From Oikopleura dioica (taxonomy: Eukaryota > Animalia > Chordata): a stretch of DNA of 9,225 nucleotides. Below, piece after piece: positions 1 through 7,595 of the stretch. The translations under genes and the position numbers were made by a program. The stretch is from the NCBI GenBank assembly GCA_907165135.1, contig OU015571.1, positions 1 through 9,225 on the forward strand, in the 5' to 3' direction. Under the pieces are notes generated by a model, which saw nothing but the letters and a program-made list of their open reading frames with translations, was not told the origin of the DNA and made no database searches. Numbering within the stretch: the stretch's first letter is position 1; each line of letters starts with the position of its first letter.

Positions 1-298
1 GTCTTAACACAATGTAAAATATTCTTCCAGAAACAGATTCTACATAAGCAATTATATATATAGTAGGCACTAAACTTACGATGACGAATAAAAAAGGGGA
101 TAAAGTCCAAGTAAATTCAACCATTCTGTACCCGTATTTTCTTCTTACAGATTTAGTAGGACGGTGGTTAAAGTTTCTTCTAACAAAGGAAAAAGAAACT
201 ATAATAGTAGTCAATACAATTATTAGCCATAAAGAGAAACTATGAAAACTAGTTCGCAATAGTGAACTCCAATTAATATATTTTAAAAGCCTAGACAA
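1..298 (-). CDS. cox2: Cytochrome c oxidase subunit II, 5' part (runs off window start)
   Basis: Uninterrupted table-13 frame ...SFHSFSLWLMIVLTT...GMVEFTWTLSPFLFVIVSLVPTMYMIAYVE..., matching the COX2 'FH' and 'E-x-x-W-T-x-x-P' motifs. Start uncertain: TTG at 298, or ATT at 324 if the T4 run at 309-312 is really T5. Confidence 0.9.
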   Translation of the reverse strand, partial: MSRLLKYINWSSLLRTSFHSFSLWLIIVLTTIIVSFSFVRRNFNHRPTKSVRRKYGYRMVEFTWTLSPFLFVIVSLVPTIYIIAYVESVSGRIFYIVLR

Positions 299-319
299 AT
301 TTAACGTTAAAAGGCGGTA

Positions 320-466
320 TTAATTTTTTTGGGAGCTATTAACTGTAATCGGACAAAACACTTTTAATTTCTTCTTAAAATATGTTGTATGTCGATTAAT
401 GAAATATAAAGTTTTATACTGCCGTTGACATGTCTTTGAATAAAAGTTTATAGCACAAAATGTAAT
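320..466 (-). CDS. Short unassigned ORF (48 aa); speculative detached nad1 C-terminal piece or atp8-sized ORF
   Basis: Open frame ATT(466)..TAA(320): ITFCAMNFYSKTCQRQYKTLYFINRHTTYFKKKLKVFCPITVNSSQKN. It fills the cox2-atp6 gap. LKVFCPITV weakly resembles the ND1 C-terminal WKNFLPLTL. Confidence 0.25.
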   Translation of the reverse strand: MTFCAINFYSKTCQRQYKTLYFINRHTTYFKKKLKVFCPITVNSSQKN

Positions 467-497
467 TTAAATTATACTTAAAATGATTTAATTAAAA

Positions 498-1007
498 ATT
501 ATTCTGTTTTTTTTAACATTTTTTTACTTTTTAAGATTAAACAGAACAACTAGTTTTCTAGCTCTCCTATTTTTGTAGCCTTAATAGTGATTAGTAGAAA
601 TGTTATAAAAATTATTACACTTTCAGACAATATTTTCATAGGCATTGTTGTCCTAAAGACTTGACTACTAGGAAAAGATACTCAAATATTAGAAGTTTAA
701 AAGATTTATGTCAAATTTCGCTATAGATTTATCCGGTTTTTTTAATTTCTGCTGTAGAAATATGTGGTCAATTAGTTCGTCCAGTGTCTTTAACATGTCG
801 TTTAAGATCTAATATTTCCTCCAGACATTTATTAATAAGTATATGTACTTCTTCTACATATTTTTCTGTCAATTTAGCTCCAACCAGGTTTATTATATGG
901 TTCCTATTTATGCCAAGATACTTAATATTTGAAATTGGTGTTGCTCTTATTCAAAGTTATGTCTACAGTTTTTAATTTCTGACTACAATAAAGAATGCAA
1001 AAGATAA
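498..1007 (+). CDS. atp6: ATP synthase F0 subunit a, shortened (~169 aa), frameshifted at homopolymers
   Basis: VEMCGQLVRPVSLTCRLGSNISSGHLL and FEIGVALIQSYVYSF match the ATP6 R-L-x-x-N-x-x-x-G-H and E-x-x-V-A-x-I-Q-x-Y-V motifs. The frame is continuous if T8 507-514, T7 519-525, T5 570-574, T7 737-743 and T5 969-973 are read as T6, plus two unplaced +1 nt near 675-720. Stop TAA 1005-1007. Confidence 0.88.
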
Positions 1008-1040
1008 AAAAATGGAGATACACAAATAAGACAGACTTTT

Positions 1041-2078
1041 TTAGATAAAGTAAGACATAAAATATGTGACACTAGTAATTTGACTTATTAAAACATAAGG
1101 ATCTTCAACTGGTATTCTACCAGTGACAGTTAAAATAAAAAAGGATAAGATAAACACTCCTATATTGCTTGAGTTTGTTCCACTTTTACGAAAAATGGCG
1201 TAAAGAATAGGAAAGACCACACTAAGAACTAAAGCTAAAACTCTAACAACTTTAGAAGGAATGCAACGTAAAATAGCGTAAGCAAATAAAAAAGAAAAAA
1301 AAAAGAAAAATACCATTCTGGCTTAATGTGAAGAGGAGTAACTAGAGGGTTTGCAGCTAGATAGTTTTCAACATCTCTTAGAAGATTTATTAAAACCAAT
1401 ATTAAAATAGCTCTAATGATTCTATAAAAGTCCAAGTACACATATCTTTTATAACAAACAGAGGAATAAAGTATTTTTGTCTACTCTCATATTAACAGAT
1501 CTATTAGATCTAGTTACATGTAAAAGAAGGGTGTGTCTAATAACCAGAACAGTTAAAATTAAAGGAAGTAAAAATGGAAAGTAAAAAAGCGTTTAAGAGT
1601 ATAGGTACTAACTGTATATGAACCCCAAATAGCAATACATAGTAAAGGTCTTACGAAAGGCACAATACTAGCCAAATTAATAATTACTGTGGCTCTCAAT
1701 AAGACATTTGTCTGTAAGGTAATACATACCTTAAAAAAGCGGACCTTATTCTAAGTAATAGAATAATGCATCTACTAATCCAAAGTTTGGTCTTATTATA
1801 GCCATAGTAATAAATCCTACGAAATAGGTGTAGAAACATAAAAAAATAAGTTAAGAAAAATGAGGCTCTATTGGCATGACAAAAACGTAAATTACTTCTA
1901 AAATCTGTATTACGCATGTAAAAATCAAAGCATCAAAGGATTGTCTAAAATGCATAGTTAAGATGACTCTGGTCAAAATTTGAAATCTTAGGACCAATCC
2001 TAATCTAGATCTTTGATTCCACCATAAATTAATGGAAGAAGGAACAAAAACAACAGAACGTTTTTTAATGATAATTAT
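1041..2078 (-). CDS. cob: Cytochrome b (~341 aa after correction)
   Basis: Motifs [57 protein letters not shown]. Needs removal of 17 nt at 1288-1310 and +1 nt at about 1920, 1697, 1570, 1474 and 1426. The corrected length of 1026 nt is divisible by 3. Start ATA 2078, stop TAA 1041. Confidence 0.95.
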
Positions 2079-2134
2079 CTATATTTAATTTATGGCCTAG
2101 TAAAAAAATTAATAAGTCAAACTATTAAAATAAG

Positions 2135-2852
2135 ATATTTGCCGATATTAGACTTTTATCTAAAAGTTTTCTGAACTTATTTTCCTTGTTAGAGCTTACC
2201 TTTGTTAAGGGCGCTCGAAGCAGTGAGTACTTGAGAAAAATTTTTGTATCTTCTTTTGATAGGAATTATTATATATTTCAGAAGGCAGTTTACTTTTATA
2301 ATGCATATCTTACATATTTTTTTGCACAAAACATATTTATCAGATTTACAATCATAATTACAATATTAATTTTGTTATACCTAACTTATCTTTTAAAATA
2401 TTCTCCTTTTCTTTAGAAGACAATTTTTTTGATTAACTCCGTATCAAAAATTTTAACTTCCCATATAATTTTGTTTAGAGTGTTTCAAAACTATTTTTTT
2501 AGTTTTTGTCTTAATAATGTCCATAATCGTAGTTACGGACTTTATTTCTACCTATTCTTAAGAAGAATGTACATAATATGCTCTATGTTTATACTCTTAT
2601 ATAGCTTTATCTTTAATAGTGTTTTACGTAATTAACAGAGTAAAAATAGTCAATTTTTTTGATAACTGCTATAATCCCTACATCCTTACTATTTAGATTA
2701 AAAATTTTCGCAACTTCTAGAAGCTATTTTTCTTTTTTAGGTTTAATCCCTTTCTTAGCTATTTCCCACACAACATATTTTTTCCTTAAAAATAGGATAA
2801 ACATAAACTGATACAATTTTTAGCGCCTACTATAATACTTCTAATACTATAA
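2135..2852 (+). CDS. nad2: NADH dehydrogenase subunit 2, highly divergent and short, frameshifted
   Basis: RSSEYLGKIF ~ ND2 RSTEAAIKYF; KYSPF ~ KLGMAPF; MIPTSLLFGLKIF ~ LPPLTGFLPKW (reached after T7 2654-2660 -> T6); YFFLK ~ YFYLR. Ends at TAA 2850-2852 after T5 2817-2821 -> T6. The frame in 2540-2630 is not fully resolved. Confidence 0.72.
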
Positions 2853-2939
2853 AAAAGAAAAGCTTTGTCATGTTTAAATCTTGAAATAAAGTATTTACTG
2901 ACTTTAACTTTTCCCTCCTTTTTACGATAAAACGCTTTC

Positions 2940-4430
2940 ATTCTACACAGAAGAAAAAAAGCTTAAATTTACAAAGGATTTTATTATGCTCAAAATTTGA
3001 AATAAGGGGTTTTATTAGTCTTAAACCACTTTTTTGTTGCACCTATAACTATAGGTGCTCTAAAAATATTTGTGAATTTAGCCTAGGAAATGTAAGTTTC
3101 AGATGCCTTTATTTTCAATTTTATGTTTGCTTATACTAGGTTTTCATCTATTACTTTCTTCTTTGTGTTTATAGTATAAGGCATTAATCATAAAGGAAAA
3201 GGGAAGAGGAAGAAAAGAAAGGAAATAGACGGAAGAATTCAATATAAGCAAACATAAAATTGAAAATAAAGGCATCTGAAACTTACATTTCCTAGGCTAA
3301 ATTCACAAATATTTTAGAGCACCTATAGTTATAGGTGCAACAAAAAAGTGGTTTAAGACTAATAAAATCCCTTATCTCAAATTTTGAACATAATAAAAAT
3401 CCTTTGTAAATTTAAGCTTTTATTGTTGTTGTTTATGGTAAGATGCTTTTATTCTACACGAAAAAAAAAAAAAGAAAAGCTTAATTTACAAAGGATTTTT
3501 ATTATGTTCAAAATTTGAGATAAGGGATTTTATTAGTCTTAAACCACTTTTGTTGCACCTATAACTATAGGTGCTCTAAAAATATTTGTGAATTTAGCCT
3601 AGGAAATGTAAGTTTCAGATGCCTTTATTTTCAATTTATGTTTGCTTATATTGAATTCTTCCGTCTATTTCCTTTCTTTTCTTCCTCTTCCTTTTTCCTT
3701 TATGATTAATGCCTTATACTATAAACACAAAGAAGAAAGTAATAGATGAAAACCTAGTATAAGCAAACATAAAATTGAAAATAAAGGCATCTGAAACTTA
3801 CATTTCCTAGGCTAAATTCACAAATATTTTTAGAGCACCTATAGTTATAGGTGCAACAAAAAGTGGTTTGAGACTAATAAAACCCCTTATTTCAAATTTT
3901 GAACATAATAAAAATCCTTTGTAAATTTAAGCTTTTTATTGTTGTTGTTTATGGTAAGATGCTTTTATTCTACAAAAAAAAGCTTAAATTTACAAAGGAT
4001 TTTTATTATGTTCAAAATTTGAAGTAAGGGGTTTTATTAGTCTTAAACCACTTTTTTGTTGCACCTATAACTATAGGTGCTCTAAAAATATTTGTGAATT
4101 TAGCCTAGGAAATGTAAGTTTCAGATGCCTTTATTTTCAATTTATGTTTGTTTACTGTACCTATCTCCCTCCCATTATTTCTCTTCTTTTCTTTGCTTAT
4201 ATTGTAAATAGCAAAATTTAAGACAAAAAAAGAAAAAAGAAGAAGTAGATGGAAGAATCTAATATAGGCGAACATAAAATTACAAAAAAAACGCATACGG
4301 ACATCTGAAATTTACATTTTCTAAGGCAAATTTACAAATATTTTAGAGCACCTATAGTTTAGGTGCAAAAAAGTGGTTTAAGATTAATAAAATCTCTTAT
4401 TCTAAGTTCTAAACATAATAAAACCTTCTG
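2940..4430. repeat. Non-coding control-region-like array: three ~515-bp tandem units, each an ~180-bp inverted repeat pair around an ~107-bp loop
   Basis: Arms F1 ~2956-3135 / R1 3243-3421, F2 ~3475-3650 / R2 3758-3937, F3 ~3974-4154 / R3 ~4263-4430 (degenerate). Direct spacer ATTGTTGTTGTTTATGGTAAGATGCTTTTATTCTAC after 3421 and after 3937. Confidence 0.95.
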
Positions 4431-4451
4431 TTATTTCAATTTTTTTTTTTT

Positions 4452-5957
4452 TTATAGAGTTCTAGAATAAGGACCTTCTTCCCAAGAATGTATTTTGGTA
4501 GGCAGTCTGAATATTTGATCAACAGGTAATACATATCTTATTGTGGACACTAAATTAGACAAGTTACTTTTTAAAGACCATAATATTACAATTGTAGAAG
4601 CAATAGTAACTAATAAAGACCATCTAATTAGACGATTTGTTCCTACTATTAAAGGTGAATAATGGATGTAACGACGAGGCATTCTTTCAATTCTTAGTTT
4701 ATGTATAGGAAAGAATACTCTATTTACTCTTAAAGAAAATACTATAGTTCTTACTATTATAGAAGTTTCCATAATGTACAATCTAGAGAATACAGGCCAA
4801 TAATGAACAGATCTTATTACTACAGCAGAAGTGGCTCTTATACTCAAAACATAGTGGAAATGAGCAACAACGTAGTAAGTATCATGCAGATCTAAATCAA
4901 TTGTAGCACTACTACAAACAATTCTGGTACATCTTCTTAAAGTAAAAACCAAATAAATAATACAGCCCAAATTAAAGGTAATGTTACGTATAGATTGTTT
5001 GAATTGATATTGGCTAACCAAGTAAAAACTTTTACTCTAGTAGGAATTCTGATTATAATAGTGGCAGCACTAAAATACATTTTAGAGTCTGTGTCTATTC
5101 TGGCAGAATATATATGATGAGCCCAGACAACAAATCTTAAAAACCAATTCTTATAATAGACCATATCATACCGTAATAACCCCACATACGAGCAGAATCA
5201 ATGTTAAACTCAATTACATGACTTAATAGTCTAAATCTAGGTAAAATAAGTACATATACTTCTGGGTGCCTAAAAACCAGAAAAGATGTTGAAATAATAA
5301 AGCATCTCTTCTACCTCTGTATTCGAAAAAGCTTGTTCTAAAGTGACGGTCAAATAAGATTATAGTAATAGCTCTAGCTAAAACTGGTAATGTAGTTAAC
5401 AATATAAAACTTGTTACTAATATACACCATAGAAATAGAGCAGCATTATAAATTTGTGTTCTTTTGGAGAATTTAAAATTATAGTTACTATAAAGTTGGC
5501 ACTACCTAAAATAGAAGAAACTCTGGCACAATGTAAACTGAAGATTACCATATCTATACAATTTTCACTAGTGCTTAATGGAGGATAAATAGTCCAACCT
5601 GATCTTGTACCTCTTGATTTTATACTTTGAACTAAAAATATGGAGGCTGGCATCATTATCCAAAAGAAAAGTTGTTTATACGTGGAAAAGATATGTCTGG
5701 AGTAGTTACAAAAAGAGGGATTAACCAATTTCTAAATCTTCTAATTAAAAAAGGCATAATAAAGAAGAAAACTATTACAATTCTATGCCTAGTAACTACA
5801 GTATTGTAATGATGATTAGTTAAAACACTAGTTCTTGGAGATATTAACTCTAAACGAATTAGTCTAGATAAGGAAGTTCTAATTAAAGCAAAAATAGTCT
5901 AAGTGTTTGGTATAACACTCTAATATCTTTATGGTTTACGGAACATATCCAACGAAT
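4452..5957 (-). CDS. cox1: Cytochrome c oxidase subunit I (~503 aa after correction)
   Basis: [65 protein letters not shown]. Six +1 corrections (5890-5894, 5662-5665, 5450-5452, 5272-5276, 5139-5143, 4944-4948) give 1512 nt. Start ATT 5957, stop TAA 4452. Confidence 0.97.
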
Positions 5958-5962
5958 TTTTT

Positions 5963-6573
5963 TTAGTTTATAGATCTTATAACTCTTATCCAAATTATGG
6001 TTAAGGTTTCACTTAAAAATAGCAATGTAAATCTAACTCTTCTATAATTAATATTATATCTACTTACTAATTCACTTTCTCTTTCAGATAAGTCGTAAGG
6101 AGAACGTCTAGACTCCACTATTAAAACCACAAATAAAAAGCTTTCATAAATAAGGAAAGACTTCTATAAACATATAGTGACCAAACAATAGATATTCTTA
6201 ACAATATATCTAAACATATACCAAGACAAAAAAATTCGGAACATTCTTAATAGCCTAAAAGAAGAATCATTAAAAAATCTGACTCTCAACATAATAATGC
6301 TAAAAATCTGGATACAAAAATAAAAGTATAGTAATTGTACCTTATAAGTAAAGCTATAAACCTAAAAATTATTAAAATAAATCTAATAGAAAGATCAGAG
6401 GTTTTTCTTCAAGATTTTGTGAAAAGCTTTCTTCTATCTACCAAAGCCTGTATGATACCATACAATCTGGTGGTACGGGGTCTAGTACGATTTTGAGTTA
6501 ATCTCAATATAAATCGTTCTATTATGGTTACAAAAGCAATAAAAACTACAAAGAATAATCTAAAAACTTTAAT
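5963..6573 (-). CDS. nad1: NADH dehydrogenase subunit 1, C-terminally truncated (~203 aa)
   Basis: [57 protein letters not shown]. Needs T5->T6 at 6302-6306 and 6135-6139, and T7->T6 at 6228-6234. Stop TAA 5963-5965. Confidence 0.92.
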
Positions 6574-6574
6574 T

Positions 6575-6638
6575 TGCAACACCTCTTTTGAGGATCTTAA
6601 GATTATAAGTCTTACGTTTTATACTTAAACTATGTCGC
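6575..6638 (-). tRNA. trnM(uau): tRNA-Met, anticodon UAU (reads AUA)
   Basis: Cloverleaf: acceptor GCGACAT/GTGTTGC + A, D-arm GTTT/AAAC, anticodon stem TAAGA/TCTTA with loop CT-TAT-AA, T-arm CCTC/GAGG. trnM(UAU) is a known tunicate mitochondrial feature. Confidence 0.9.
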
Positions 6639-6640
6639 TG

Positions 6641-6714
6641 AGTTTTACCGAAGACTCTGGCACTTCAATTTTATCCTAAAATAATAAGTAATTATTCAAA
6701 ATTTATGAAAACTA
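6641..6714 (+). other. tRNA-like cloverleaf with atypical anticodon loop (possible degenerate tRNA-Gly)
   Basis: AGTTTT/AAAACT acceptor-like stem, GAAG/CTTC D-like stem with a GG-containing loop, ATTT/AAAT stem around TATCCTA (TCC central but A33/T37), extra AATAA/TTATT arm. Confidence 0.3.
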
Positions 6715-6721
6715 TTTTTTC

Positions 6722-7595
6722 TTAGAAATAAGCAGCATTTCTAACATAAAATAGGGCGTACAATCTAATCCATACTACATCGACAAAATGCCAATACCAA
6801 ATACTTGAAACTAATCTTACAGCACGTCTATTTCTTATATCTCTTTTGGATCTACGTAACAAACTCCATACTAAAAAGACACTCTAATAATAACATGTGC
6901 TCTATGAAATCTTGTTCTTAAGAAGAAGACAGCTCTATAAATTCTGGTTATAATAGTATATTTAGCATCTAAATATTCTTTATATTGTAATTTAACAAAA
7001 ATAGTCTTAATAAAATAGAAAATACAAATCTTATTTTAAAATAGCTTTTTATTCTAGCCTTTAACCTATGATATCTAAATGTAGCATGAAAACCGCTAGT
7101 AATTAGGACAGCTGTATTTACTATAGGTACCCCGAATCTATCGATAAGTTCTATACCTATTCTACGGTTGTTTGGGAATCTTCTAGAGTACTGGTCTTCA
7201 GAAATAAAGCTATTACAATAGCCCCAAAAAAGAAAAATGCTAAAGAAAAGACAAGCTTCACTTACTAAAAAGAACTTTATACCTAATTTTAAATTAGAGT
7301 GAGTTTTCACTGTATGAAATATAGGCTCTGTAGCCAATTTCAAAAACCAATTAAATATTCTAATGAAACTTATAGAAACTAAAATTAAAATTACTTTTTC
7401 AATTCTCAAAAGACCAAATAATCTTAAGAGTCTTGAGGAAAGTTCAGAAACTTCTCTTAATTCTGGCCTAATTTTATAAGCAAATTCTACGTAGTCTACT
7501 CCGGATATCCAAGTCCATAGGCACATTAAAGCAACCCAAACACTTAAAGATCTGGTTAAAGGCATAAAAGATGGATATATTATATGTTGTCTAAT
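6722..7595 (-). CDS. cox3: Cytochrome c oxidase subunit III (~289 aa, with a large insertion)
   Basis: HMMYPSFMPLTG, GMKFFLVSEA, NTAVLITSG, GFHGAHVIIG, WYWHFVDVVW. Needs T5->T6 at 6997-7001 and 6873-6877. Stop TAA 6722. The ATT start at 7595 is tentative. Confidence 0.93.

Noticed and set aside
389-431. tRNA in the cox2-atp6 spacer (ATGTCGA/TTGACAT stem)
   Set aside because: The enclosed region is too short and has no 7-nt anticodon loop; it is only a hairpin.
700-760. TAG read-through or reassignment in atp6, and apparent in-frame TAG in nad2 (2414-2416)
   Set aside because: Each TAG disappears with nearby homopolymer length corrections; no conserved position needs TAG as a sense codon.
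2429-2635. nad6 call from the YLFLGGMYM motif, or nad3/nad5 call for 2186-2416
   Set aside because: Flanking motifs (RSSEYLGKIF, KYSPF, IPTSLLFGLK, YFFLK) occur in ND2 order across 2135-2852, so a single nad2 explains the region better.
4105-4296. 63-aa ORF from the ORF track
   Set aside because: Lies inside the third palindromic repeat unit; low-complexity, no homology motif; a by-product of repeat composition.
2940-4430. CRISPR array or MITE/transposon interpretation of the repeats
   Set aside because: No short repeat-spacer periodicity, no transposase or target-site duplications; the mitochondrial context fits control-region repeats.
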